A model generated the notes under the pieces. That model had not been told where the DNA came from. It saw only the letters and a program-made list of their open reading frames with translations, and made no database searches. Positions 22,233-34,099 of a stretch of 64,000 nt of DNA are shown here, one piece after another. The stretch is from the NCBI RefSeq assembly GCF_030013595.1, contig NZ_CP122768.1; one strand, given 5' to 3'. The number at the start of each line of letters is the position of its first letter. Position 1 is the stretch's first letter. Origin of the DNA: Escherichia coli (GTDB lineage: Bacteria; Pseudomonadota; Gammaproteobacteria; Enterobacterales; Enterobacteriaceae). A program made the translations under genes and the position numbers.

Positions 22233-22254
22233 TTTTGTGAGTTTTGTCACCAAA
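22233..22254. promoter_or_regulatory. CRP binding site (TGTGA-N6-TCACC)
   Basis: TTTTGTGAGTTTTGTCACCAAA between the divergent nagE and nagB starts. Confidence 0.7.
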
Positions 22255-22410
22255 TATCGTTATCATCACTCCCTTTTACTGGCTAAACCAGAAAACTTAT
22301 TTTATCATTCAAAAAATCAGGTCGGATTGACGCCTGTCTGCGCAAATCCAGGTTACGCTTAAAGATGCCTAATCCGCCAACGGCTTACATTTTACTTATT
22401 GAGGTGAATA

Positions 22411-24419
<2,009 letters not shown>

Positions 24420-24427
24420 GAGAAAGT

Positions 24428-25648
24428 ATGACACCAGGCGGACAAGCTCAGATAGGTAATGTTGATCTCGTAAAACAGCTTAACAGCGCGGCGGTTTATC
24501 GCCTGATTGACCAGTATGGGCCAATCTCGCGGATTCAGATTGCCGAGCAAAGCCAGCTTGCCCCCGCCAGCGTAACCAAAATTACGCGTCAGCTTATCGA
24601 ACGCGGGCTGATTAAAGAAGTTGATCAGCAGGCCTCCACCGGGGGCCGCCGCGCTATCTCTATCGTCACCGAAACCCGCAATTTCCACGCAATCGGCGTA
24701 CGGCTTGGTCGTCACGACGCCACCATCACCCTGTTTGATCTCAGCAGCAAAGTGCTGGCAGAAGAACATTACCCGTTGCCGGAACGTACCCAGCAGACGC
24801 TGGAACATGCCCTGCTGAATGCCATTGCTCAGTTTATTGATAGCTACCAGCGCAAGCTGCGCGAGCTGATCGCCATTTCCGTGATCCTGCCGGGGCTTGT
24901 TGACCCGGACAGCGGCAAAATTCATTACATGCCGCATATTCAGGTGGAAAACTGGGGGCTTGTAGAAGCACTGGAAGAGCGTTTTAAAGTGACCTGTTTT
25001 GTCGGCCACGATATCCGCAGTCTGGCGCTGGCGGAGCACTACTTCGGTGCAAGTCAGGATTGCGAAGACTCCATTTTAGTGCGTGTCCATCGCGGAACCG
25101 GGGCCGGGATTATCTCTAACGGGCGCATTTTTATTGGCCGCAACGGCAACGTCGGTGAAATTGGCCATATCCAGGTCGAACCTCTGGGTGAACGCTGCCA
25201 CTGTGGCAACTTTGGCTGCCTGGAAACTATCGCCGCCAACGCTGCCATTGAACAACGGGTGTTGAATCTGTTAAAGCAGGGCTACCAGAGCCGTGTGCCA
25301 CTGGACGACTGCACCATCAAAACTATCTGCAAAGCCGCGAACAAAGGCGATAGCCTGGCGTCGGAAGTGATTGAGTATGTCGGTCGTCATCTGGGCAAAA
25401 CCATCGCCATTGCTATCAACTTATTTAATCCGCAAAAAATTGTTATTGCCGGTGAGATCACCGAAGCCGATAAAGTGCTGCTCCCTGCTATTGAAAGCTG
25501 CATTAATACCCAGGCGCTGAAGGCGTTTCGTACTAATCTGCCGGTGGTACGTTCTGAGCTGGATCACCGCTCGGCAATCGGCGCTTTTGCGCTGGTAAAA
25601 CGCGCCATGCTCAACGGTATTTTGCTCCAGCATTTGCTGGAAAATTAA
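24428..25648 (+). CDS. nagC: ROK-family transcriptional regulator NagC (406 aa)
   Basis: ORF 24428..25648; N-terminal HTH and ROK zinc motif CHCGNFGCLE. Confidence 0.95.
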   Translation: MTPGGQAQIGNVDLVKQLNSAAVYRLIDQYGPISRIQIAEQSQLAPASVTKITRQLIERGLIKEVDQQASTGGRRAISIVTETRNFHAIGVRLGRHDATITLFDLSSKVLAEEHYPLPERTQQTLEHALLNAIAQFIDSYQRKLRELIAISVILPGLVDPDSGKIHYMPHIQVENWGLVEALEERFKVTCFVGHDIRSLALAEHYFGASQDCEDSILVRVHRGTGAGIISNGRIFIGRNGNVGEIGHIQVEPLGERCHCGNFGCLETIAANAAIEQRVLNLLKQGYQSRVPLDDCTIKTICKAANKGDSLASEVIEYVGRHLGKTIAIAINLFNPQKIVIAGEITEADKVLLPAIESCINTQALKAFRTNLPVVRSELDHRSAIGAFALVKRAMLNGILLQHLLEN

Positions 25649-25695
25649 TGTGCTTTTATAGTGGCGCTTATTGTTGTCAATATTCTGGGTAGTCC

Positions 25696-26448
25696 ATGAC
25701 CATTAAAAATGTAATTTGCGATATCGACGGCGTGCTGATGCACGATAACGTCGCCGTACCGGGTGCAGCGGAATTTTTGCACGGGATTATGGATAAAGGC
25801 CTGCCGCTGGTGTTGCTGACCAACTATCCTTCGCAGACCGGGCAAGATCTGGCGAACCGCTTTGCCACTGCCGGTGTCGATGTACCTGACAGCGTGTTTT
25901 ATACCTCTGCGATGGCGACCGCCGATTTCCTGCGTCGCCAGGAAGGCAAGAAAGCATATGTGGTGGGCGAAGGCGCACTGATTCATGAACTGTACAAAGC
26001 CGGTTTCACTATTACCGATGTGAACCCTGATTTTGTGATTGTTGGCGAAACGCGTTCCTACAACTGGGACATGATGCATAAAGCAGCCTATTTCGTCGCT
26101 AACGGTGCACGCTTTATCGCCACCAACCCGGACACCCACGGGCGCGGTTTTTATCCGGCCTGTGGCGCGCTATGCGCGGGGATCGAAAAAATCTCCGGAC
26201 GTAAACCGTTCTATGTTGGTAAGCCGAGTCCGTGGATCATCCGCGCAGCATTAAACAAAATGCAGGCGCATTCGGAAGAAACGGTGATTGTCGGCGATAA
26301 CCTGCGTACCGATATTCTGGCGGGCTTCCAGGCCGGTCTGGAGACGATTCTGGTACTCTCCGGTGTTTCGTCGCTCGACGATATCGACAGTATGCCATTC
26401 CGCCCCAGCTGGATTTACCCATCGGTCGCCGAAATCGACGTTATCTGA
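25696..26448 (+). CDS. nagD: HAD-family ribonucleotide monophosphatase NagD (250 aa)
   Basis: ORF 25696..26448; HAD motif I DIDGVL. Confidence 0.93.
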   Translation: MTIKNVICDIDGVLMHDNVAVPGAAEFLHGIMDKGLPLVLLTNYPSQTGQDLANRFATAGVDVPDSVFYTSAMATADFLRRQEGKKAYVVGEGALIHELYKAGFTITDVNPDFVIVGETRSYNWDMMHKAAYFVANGARFIATNPDTHGRGFYPACGALCAGIEKISGRKPFYVGKPSPWIIRAALNKMQAHSEETVIVGDNLRTDILAGFQAGLETILVLSGVSSLDDIDSMPFRPSWIYPSVAEIDVI

Positions 26449-26704
26449 ATAGCAACCACGCCTCAGGGCGTGGTTTCTTATTTTTACCCATCATTAAAAT
26501 TCACCCATTCAATAAAACCCGCCAAAAATTATCGATTCATCAATAAATACACCTCCACACCCTACCCTTTTTCATTAATCAGCAATCACCATTACGTTTT
26601 TTATTTTCACCCTGCCAAATCGCTTGCGCACAGTGCTGCTTTGCGGCATTTTTTTAAACAAGCAAACACAACAAGCAACAAATACCAGGTTAACGGAGAA
26701 GGTT

Positions 26705-28369
26705 ATGTGTTCAATTTTTGGCGTATTCGATATCAAAACAGACGCAGTTGAGCTGCGTAAGAAAGCACTCGAGCTGTCACGCCTGATGCGTCATCGTGGC
26801 CCGGACTGGTCCGGTATTTATGCCAGCGATAACGCCATTCTCGCCCACGAACGTCTGTCCATTGTTGACGTTAACGCGGGGGCGCAACCTCTCTACAACC
26901 AACAAAAAACCCACGTGCTGGCAGTAAACGGTGAAATCTACAACCACCAGGCATTGCGCGCTGAATATGGCGATCGTTACCAGTTCCAGACCGGGTCTGA
27001 CTGTGAAGTGATCCTCGCGCTGTATCAAGAAAAAGGGCCGGAATTTCTCGACGACTTGCAGGGCATGTTTGCTTTTGCCCTGTACGACAGCGAAAAAGAT
27101 GCATACCTGATTGGCCGCGACCATCTGGGGATCATCCCACTGTATATGGGCTATGACGAACATGGTCAGCTGTATGTGGCCTCAGAAATGAAAGCCCTGG
27201 TGCCGGTATGCCGCACGATTAAAGAGTTCCCGGCGGGGAGCTATTTGTGGAGCCAGGACGGCGAAATCCGTTCTTATTATCATCGCAACTGGTTCGACTA
27301 CGATGCGGTGAAAGATAACGTAACCGACAAAAACGAGCTGCGTCAGGCACTGGAAGATTCCGTTAAAAGCCATCTGATGTCTGACGTTCCTTACGGTGTG
27401 CTGCTTTCCGGTGGTCTGGATTCCTCAATTATTTCCGCGATCACCAAGAAATACGCCGCCCGTCGCGTGGAAGATCAGGAACGTTCTGAAGCCTGGTGGC
27501 CGCAATTACACTCCTTTGCTGTAGGTCTGCCGGGTTCACCGGATCTGAAAGCAGCCCAGGAAGTGGCAAACCATCTGGGCACGGTGCATCACGAAATTCA
27601 CTTCACTGTACAGGAAGGTCTGGATGCCATCCGCGACGTGATTTACCACATCGAAACTTATGATGTGACCACTATTCGCGCTTCAACACCGATGTATTTA
27701 ATGTCGCGTAAGATCAAGGCGATGGGCATTAAAATGGTGCTGTCCGGTGAAGGTTCTGATGAAGTGTTTGGCGGTTATCTTTACTTCCACAAAGCACCGA
27801 ATGCCAAAGAACTGCATGAAGAGACGGTGCGTAAACTGCTGGCCCTGCATATGTATGACTGCGCGCGTGCCAACAAAGCGATGTCAGCCTGGGGCGTGGA
27901 AGCACGCGTTCCGTTCCTCGACAAAAAATTCCTTGATGTAGCGATGCGTATTAACCCACAGGATAAAATGTGCGGTAACGGCAAAATGGAAAAACACATC
28001 CTGCGTGAATGTTTTGAAGCGTATCTGCCCGCAAGTGTGGCCTGGCGGCAGAAAGAGCAGTTCTCCGATGGCGTCGGTTACAGTTGGATCGACACCCTGA
28101 AAGAAGTAGCGGCACAGCAGGTTTCTGATCAACAGCTGGAAACTGCCCGCTTCCGCTTCCCGTACAACACGCCGACGTCCAAAGAAGCGTATCTGTACCG
28201 GGAGATCTTTGAAGAACTGTTCCCGCTTCCGAGCGCCGCTGAGTGCGTGCCGGGCGGCCCTTCCGTCGCGTGTTCTTCCGCTAAAGCGATCGAGTGGGAT
28301 GAGGCGTTCAAGAAAATGGACGATCCGTCTGGTCGTGCGGTTGGCGTTCACCAGTCGGCGTATAAATAA
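26705..28369 (+). CDS. asnB: Asparagine synthetase B, glutamine-hydrolysing (554 aa)
   Basis: ORF track 26624..28369; start at MCSIFGV (N-terminal nucleophile Cys2); PP-loop SGGLDSS. Confidence 0.95.
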   Translation: MCSIFGVFDIKTDAVELRKKALELSRLMRHRGPDWSGIYASDNAILAHERLSIVDVNAGAQPLYNQQKTHVLAVNGEIYNHQALRAEYGDRYQFQTGSDCEVILALYQEKGPEFLDDLQGMFAFALYDSEKDAYLIGRDHLGIIPLYMGYDEHGQLYVASEMKALVPVCRTIKEFPAGSYLWSQDGEIRSYYHRNWFDYDAVKDNVTDKNELRQALEDSVKSHLMSDVPYGVLLSGGLDSSIISAITKKYAARRVEDQERSEAWWPQLHSFAVGLPGSPDLKAAQEVANHLGTVHHEIHFTVQEGLDAIRDVIYHIETYDVTTIRASTPMYLMSRKIKAMGIKMVLSGEGSDEVFGGYLYFHKAPNAKELHEETVRKLLALHMYDCARANKAMSAWGVEARVPFLDKKFLDVAMRINPQDKMCGNGKMEKHILRECFEAYLPASVAWRQKEQFSDGVGYSWIDTLKEVAAQQVSDQQLETARFRFPYNTPTSKEAYLYREIFEELFPLPSAAECVPGGPSVACSSAKAIEWDEAFKKMDDPSGRAVGVHQSAYK

Positions 28370-28380
28370 GACGTATAATA

Positions 28381-28408
28381 TTGCCCCGGAGAAATCCGGG
28401 GCAATTTC
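28381..28408 (+). terminator. Terminator hairpin after asnB
   Basis: TTGCCCCGGA-GAAA-TCCGGGGCAA hairpin followed by TTT. Confidence 0.6.
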
Positions 28409-28680
28409 AGTTACTGGGGCGCTTGTTGATTCTGATATGCAGTAAGGAAATGTTCCGGGTTTGCCACATCACTGTTTGACAACTCATCACTGTAGGCCAG
28501 TATTTCATTGATTAATTTCCCACCACTATTGTTGAATTCCGAATTTCATCCTGTATGACAAAAGAATGGCTGTAGGGTGGGGAAAAAACACAAAGTAAAC
28601 AATAATTGACGAATATAGCGCCACGCTGTTCGCAACCTAACCAAACAGTCACTTTCGAGCAATTTTCCTTGAAAAAGAGG

Positions 28681-28709
28681 TTGACGCTGCAAGGCTCTAT
28701 ACGCATAAT
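28681..28709 (+). promoter_or_regulatory. Candidate sigma70 promoter of the tRNA operon
   Basis: TTGACG, 17-nt spacer, CATAAT, then GC-rich discriminator GCGCCCCGC (stringent-type); AT-rich upstream tract. Confidence 0.6.
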
Positions 28710-28749
28710 GCGCCCCGCAACGCCGATAAGGTATCGCGAAAAAAAAGAT

Positions 28750-28826
28750 GGCTACGTAGCTCAGTTGGTTAGAGCACATCACTCATAATGATGGGGTCAC
28801 AGGTTCGAATCCCGTCGTAGCCACCA
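28750..28826 (+). tRNA. metT: tRNA-Met (elongator, anticodon CAU)
   Basis: 77-nt cloverleaf GGCTACGTAGCTCAGTTGG...CTCATAA...GGTTCGAATCC...GCCACCA with encoded CCA. Confidence 0.95.
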
Positions 28827-28835
28827 TCTTTTTTT

Positions 28836-28920
28836 GCGGGAGTGGCGAAATTGGTAGACGCACCAGATTTAGGTTCTGGCGCCGCAAGGTGTGCGAGTTC
28901 AAGTCTCGCCTCCCGCACCA
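28836..28920 (+). tRNA. leuW: tRNA-Leu (anticodon UAG)
   Basis: 85-nt long-variable-arm tRNA GCGGGAGTGGCGAAATTGGTAGACG...TTTAGG...CGCACCA. Confidence 0.93.
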
Positions 28921-28943
28921 TTCACCAGAAAGCGTTGTACGGA

Positions 28944-29018
28944 TGGGGTATCGCCAAGCGGTAAGGCACCGGTTTTTGATACCGGCATTCCCTGGTTCGA
29001 ATCCAGGTACCCCAGCCA
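28944..29018 (+). tRNA. glnU: tRNA-Gln (anticodon UUG)
   Basis: 75-nt TGGGGTATCGCCAAGCGGTAAGGCACCGGTTTTTGATACCGG...CCAGCCA. Confidence 0.93.
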
Positions 29019-29052
29019 TCTTCTTCGAGTAAGCGGTTCACCGCCCGGTTAT

Positions 29053-29127
29053 TGGGGTATCGCCAAGCGGTAAGGCACCGGTTTTTGATACCGGCATTCC
29101 CTGGTTCGAATCCAGGTACCCCAGCCA
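29053..29127 (+). tRNA. glnW: tRNA-Gln (anticodon UUG)
   Basis: Identical copy of the preceding Gln tRNA. Confidence 0.93.
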
Positions 29128-29142
29128 TCGAAGAAACAATCT

Positions 29143-29219
29143 GGCTACGTAGCTCAGTTGGTTAGAGCACATCACTCATAATGATGGGGTCACAGGTTCG
29201 AATCCCGTCGTAGCCACCA
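29143..29219 (+). tRNA. metU: tRNA-Met (elongator, anticodon CAU)
   Basis: Second copy of the metT sequence. Confidence 0.93.
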
Positions 29220-29267
29220 AATTCTGAATGTGTCGAATAAGTTCGGCAAATTCACAAACCAATTTGT

Positions 29268-29342
29268 TGGGGTATCGCCAAGCGGTAAGGCACCGGATTC
29301 TGATTCCGGCATTCCGAGGTTCGAATCCTCGTACCCCAGCCA
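29268..29342 (+). tRNA. glnV: tRNA-Gln (anticodon CUG)
   Basis: 75-nt Gln tRNA with anticodon loop GGATTCTGATTCC. Confidence 0.93.
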
Positions 29343-29379
29343 ATTTATTCAAGACGCTTACCTTGTAAGTGCACCCAGT

Positions 29380-29454
29380 TGGGGTATCGCCAAGCGGTAA
29401 GGCACCGGATTCTAATTCCGGCATTCCGAGGTTCGAATCCTCGTACCCCAGCCA
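29380..29454 (+). tRNA. glnX: tRNA-Gln with anticodon CUA: amber (UAG) suppressor allele, supE44-type
   Basis: Same sequence as the preceding Gln(CUG) gene except anticodon loop GGATTCTAATTCC; anticodon CTA at 29412-29414. Confidence 0.9.
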
Positions 29455-29461
29455 CATTAAA

Positions 29462-29490
29462 AAAGCTCGCTTCGGCGAGCTTTTTGCTTT
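29462..29490 (+). terminator. Rho-independent terminator of the tRNA operon
   Basis: AGCTCGC-TTCG-GCGAGCT hairpin followed by TTTTT. Confidence 0.8.
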
Positions 29491-29496
29491 TCTGCG

Positions 29497-29607
29497 TTCA
29501 TTCAATGTCGAATGCGATGTTGACACGTCTTATCCTTCAATGTCGGATGCGACGCTGCCGCGTCTTATCCGACCTACGGTTGGCACGCATCCGGCAATGT
29601 TGTAAGG
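29497..29607. repeat. Cluster of REP-like palindromes (BIME-like)
   Basis: Repeated units of the AATGTCGGATGCGACGCTGCCGCGTCTTATCCGACCTAC type, one near-complete and two degenerate. Confidence 0.65.
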
Positions 29608-30783
29608 CTACAACCCTAACGCATATTTCAGCGCCTGACGTTTCAACACGCCAGCACGCTCCGCCGCCATCAAACCAAGATTACGCACAAAACGCAGCGG
29701 CGGCAGATTATTACTGAATCCGGCATAAAACAGATCCATACCGCTCTGCATAATGAAGTTATCCGCCATGCGCCGCATCTGGTAACGCTTGAGGACAGGA
29801 TAACTGGCCCACGCTTCGCCGTAGCTGCGGGCATTCACCAGAACATCAATCAGGGCATCGACATCACGATAACCAAGATTCACCCCCTGCCCCGCCAGCG
29901 GATGGATGGTATGCGCGGCATCGCCCACCAGCGCAAGCCCCGGCTGCACATACTGCAACGCATGGCGACGCGTCAGCGGAAACGCACCAGCGGCAAGCGG
30001 TGTCACGTAACCCAGACGCGACGGGAAATGCTTCGCGATTTCCGCCTGGAGCTGTGCCATATTCATATTCTGCAACTGGCGAATGCGCGCCGGAGAGTCA
30101 TACCACACCAGCGATGCCCAGTTATCAAACAACGGCAGAAACGCACGCGGTCCGTCCGGGGTAAATTGCTGCCAGGTGCTGTCGCCGGGATCGTTCTCAC
30201 ACTGTACGCTAATCAACATACACGACTGTGCATACTGCCAGGCATGAACGCCAATTCCCGCCATCTGCCGCACCTGCGAATTTGCGCCGTCGGCACCAAT
30301 CACCAGCTTCGCGCGGATCGTTTCACCGCCCTTCAGTTCCAGCTCCTGAAGATCATTATGGCGATGCAGCGCAATCAGCGAGCCTGGCACACGTAACGTT
30401 ACTTTCGGATGCGCTTCCAGCGCCTGCCACAGCGCCTGTTGCAGGACAGTGTTTTCCACCATGTAGCCAAGCAACGGTAGCTTAAGTTCAGCGGCGTCAA
30501 ACACCACATGCGCCGTTTCCCACTCCCACGTTTCCAGTCTGCGGTAAGGATGGCAACGCATAGCCTGTACTGCATCCCAGACCCCTAACCCTTTAAGCAA
30601 TGATACCGAAGCCGCACTAATCGCCGAGATCCGCACGTCCGGCTGGCTGTCAGCGACAAACGGTGCAGGTTGGGCATGTTCGATAACCATTACCGAAAAT
30701 CCGTGCTGAGCCAGTCCCAGCGCCAGTGCGCCGCCGACCATTCCTCCGCCGACAATGGCAATTTCCGTTGGTTGATTTGTCAT
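29608..30783 (-). CDS. ubiF: Ubiquinone biosynthesis flavin monooxygenase UbiF (391 aa)
   Basis: ORF track 29608..30789; N-terminal FAD-binding GGGMVGG. Confidence 0.93.
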   Translation of the reverse strand: MTNQPTEIAIVGGGMVGGALALGLAQHGFSVMVIEHAQPAPFVADSQPDVRISAISAASVSLLKGLGVWDAVQAMRCHPYRRLETWEWETAHVVFDAAELKLPLLGYMVENTVLQQALWQALEAHPKVTLRVPGSLIALHRHNDLQELELKGGETIRAKLVIGADGANSQVRQMAGIGVHAWQYAQSCMLISVQCENDPGDSTWQQFTPDGPRAFLPLFDNWASLVWYDSPARIRQLQNMNMAQLQAEIAKHFPSRLGYVTPLAAGAFPLTRRHALQYVQPGLALVGDAAHTIHPLAGQGVNLGYRDVDALIDVLVNARSYGEAWASYPVLKRYQMRRMADNFIMQSGMDLFYAGFSNNLPPLRFVRNLGLMAAERAGVLKRQALKYALGL

Positions 30784-30928
30784 GGTCAATCATCCTGTTA
30801 GCAATATGCTTTAAGTTTACAGGATTTTTACCCCCAAGGGCTGATAACGCTCATACTGGTCACAACGGCAGCAAAGCATTACACTATGCGCCCTGCATTC
30901 CTAGCTACTATTTCGCAAGAGCAAGTCG

Positions 30929-32353
30929 ATGACCAAAAAACTCCATATTAAAACCTGGGGCTGTCAGATGAACGAGTACGATTCATCGAAGATGGCCGAT
31001 CTGCTGGATGCCACCCACGGCTATCAACTGACCGACGTGGCGGAAGAAGCGGATGTGCTGCTGCTGAACACCTGCTCAATCCGCGAGAAGGCTCAGGAAA
31101 AAGTCTTCCATCAGTTGGGTCGCTGGAAACTGTTAAAAGAGAAGAATCCAGACCTGATTATCGGCGTCGGCGGCTGCGTGGCATCGCAAGAAGGCGAGCA
31201 CATTCGCCAGCGCGCCCACTATGTCGATATTATTTTTGGGCCGCAAACGCTGCACCGTCTGCCGGAGATGATCAACTCCGTGCGCGGCGACCGCAGCCCG
31301 GTTGTAGATATCAGCTTCCCGGAAATCGAGAAGTTTGACCGTCTGCCGGAACCGCGTGCCGAAGGGCCGACCGCGTTTGTCTCCATCATGGAAGGCTGCA
31401 ATAAATATTGCACCTACTGCGTAGTGCCTTACACCCGTGGTGAAGAGGTAAGCCGTCCGTCCGACGATATTCTGTTTGAGATCGCCCAGCTTGCGGCTCA
31501 GGGCGTGCGTGAAGTTAACCTGCTCGGTCAGAACGTGAACGCTTGGCGTGGTGAAAACTACGACGGCACCACCGGATCGTTTGCCGATCTGCTGCGTCTG
31601 GTTGCTGCGATCGACGGGATCGATCGTATTCGCTTTACCACCAGCCATCCGATCGAATTCACCGACGATATTATCGAAGTGTACCGCGACACGCCGGAGC
31701 TGGTGAGCTTCCTGCATCTGCCGGTACAGAGCGGTTCCGATCGCATTCTGAACCTGATGGGACGTACCCATACAGCGCTGGAGTACAAAGCGATCATCCG
31801 TAAACTGCGTGCGGCGCGTCCGGATATTCAGATCAGTTCTGACTTCATCGTTGGCTTCCCTGGCGAAACCACCGAAGACTTCGAGAAAACGATGAAGCTG
31901 ATTGCCGACGTCAATTTCGACATGAGCTACAGCTTTATCTTCTCTGCACGTCCGGGTACGCCAGCCGCCGATATGGTTGATGATGTTCCGGAAGAAGAGA
32001 AGAAGCAGCGTCTGTATATTCTGCAAGAACGCATTAATCAGCAAGCGATGGCATGGAGCCGCCGAATGCTCGGCACCACCCAGCGTATTCTGGTAGAAGG
32101 TACATCGCGTAAGAGCATCATGGAGCTTTCCGGTCGCACTGAAAATAACCGCGTGGTTAACTTCGAAGGTACACCGGATATGATCGGTAAATTCGTCGAT
32201 GTAGAAATTACCGACGTCTACCCGAACTCTCTGCGCGGTAAAGTGGTGCGAACTGAAGATGAAATGGGTCTGCGCGTGGCAGAAACACCGGAATCGGTGA
32301 TTGCCCGTACCCGCAAAGAAAACGACCTTGGCGTGGGTTATTATCAGCCGTAA
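30929..32353 (+). CDS. miaB: tRNA-i6A37 methylthiotransferase MiaB (474 aa)
   Basis: ORF 30929..32353; radical-SAM CxxxCxxC motif (CNKYCTYC). Confidence 0.95.
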
Positions 32354-32357
32354 TTCT

Positions 32358-32390
32358 CAGGCCCGCCGTTCCGGTGGGCCTTGTTTTTTC
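32358..32390 (+). terminator. Candidate terminator after miaB
   Basis: GGCCCGCCG-TTCC-GGTGGGCC hairpin followed by TTGTTTTTTCT. Confidence 0.6.
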
Positions 32391-32505
32391 TCTCTTTATC
32401 CCCATCTTTATCGCAATGCTTGCGCCTTTTTCCTGTGGCGTGAATAATTTCCTTATAGGCCGGTGAATGTTCAGCTTCCGGCGGCATACAGATAAGAGGA
32501 ACGGT

Positions 32506-33546
32506 TTGAACATAGACACTCGCGAAATCACCCTGGAGCCAGCAGACAATGCGCGTCTGTTGAGCCTGTGCGGCCCGTTTGATGACAACATCAAACAACT
32601 CGAACGCCGTCTCGGCATCGAGATCAATCGCCGCGATAACCACTTTAAACTGACCGGCCGTCCGATTTGCGTCACCGCTGCGGCAGACATTCTGCGTAGC
32701 CTGTATGTCGATACAGCCCCGATGCGCGGTCAGATTCAGGATATCGAACCGGAACAGATCCACCTTGCGATTAAAGAAGCGCGGGTACTGGAGCAAAGCG
32801 CGGAGAGCGTGCCGGAGTACGGCAAAGCGGTCAATATCAAAACCAAACGCGGCGTAATCAAGCCGCGCACGCCAAACCAGGCGCAGTACATTGCCAATAT
32901 TCTCGACCATGACATCACCTTCGGCGTTGGCCCGGCGGGTACGGGTAAAACCTACCTGGCAGTGGCTGCGGCAGTTGATGCCCTGGAGCGTCAGGAAATT
33001 CGCCGTATTCTGCTGACTCGTCCGGCGGTAGAAGCCGGTGAGAAACTGGGCTTCCTGCCTGGCGATTTAAGCCAGAAAGTAGACCCGTATTTGCGCCCGC
33101 TGTACGACGCGCTGTTTGAAATGCTGGGCTTTGAGAAAGTCGAGAAACTGATTGAGCGCAACGTTATTGAAGTCGCGCCGCTGGCCTATATGCGTGGCCG
33201 TACGCTGAACGACGCGTTTATCATTCTCGATGAAAGCCAGAACACCACCATCGAACAGATGAAGATGTTCCTGACCCGTATCGGTTTTAACTCAAAAGCG
33301 GTTATCACCGGCGACGTCACACAGATCGACCTGCCGCGTAATACCAAGTCAGGCTTACGTCATGCCATCGAAGTGCTGGCTGACGTCGAAGAGATCAGCT
33401 TTAACTTCTTCCACAGCGAAGACGTGGTTCGTCACCCTGTGGTGGCGCGTATCGTTAACGCTTATGAAGCCTGGGAAGAAGCAGAACAAAAACGTAAAGC
33501 GGCGCTGGCAGCAGAACGCAAGCGCGAAGAACAGGAACAAAAATGA
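32506..33546 (+). CDS. ybeZ: PhoH-like ATPase YbeZ (346 aa), TTG start
   Basis: ORF track 32467..33546; start placed at TTG 32506 with AAGAGGA 5 nt upstream; Walker A GPAGTGKT. Confidence 0.88.
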
Positions 33547-34010
33547 GTCAGGTGATCCTCGATTTACAACTGGCATGTGAAGATAATTCCGGGTTACCGG
33601 AAGAGAGCCAGTTTCAAACATGGCTGAATGCGGTGATCCCGCAGTTTCAGGAAGAGTCGGAAGTGACTATTCGCGTGGTCGATACCGCCGAAAGCCACAG
33701 TCTGAATCTGACCTATCGCGGTAAGGATAAGCCGACCAACGTGCTCTCCTTCCCGTTTGAAGTGCCGCCTGGCATGGAAATGTCGCTACTGGGCGATCTG
33801 GTTATCTGCCGTCAGGTGGTTGAGAAGGAAGCTCAGGAGCAAGGCAAACCACTGGAGGCGCACTGGGCGCATATGGTGGTGCACGGCAGTCTGCATTTGT
33901 TAGGTTACGATCACATCGAAGATGACGAAGCAGAAGAAATGGAAGCCCTCGAAACAGAGATTATGCTTGCTCTGGGCTATGAGGATCCGTACATTGCCGA
34001 GAAAGAATAA
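33543..34010 (+). CDS. ybeY: Endoribonuclease YbeY (155 aa)
   Basis: ORF overlapping ybeZ stop; metal-binding motif [11 protein letters not shown]. Confidence 0.95.
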
Positions 34011-34099
34011 TTTGCCAGGCATTTGACTGGCAGATGTCCCCGCCGTTGGTGATTAACGACGGCGTTTTGATTAACTAACATGAGAACCCATACGACGCC

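Noticed and set aside
28700-29620. tRNA cluster as integration site for a prophage or genomic island
   Set aside because: No integrase, no att-like repeat of a tRNA 3' end, and conserved core genes (asnB, ubiF) directly flank the operon.
31133-32044. 303-aa ORF antisense within miaB
   Set aside because: Shadow ORF opposite a conserved radical-SAM gene.
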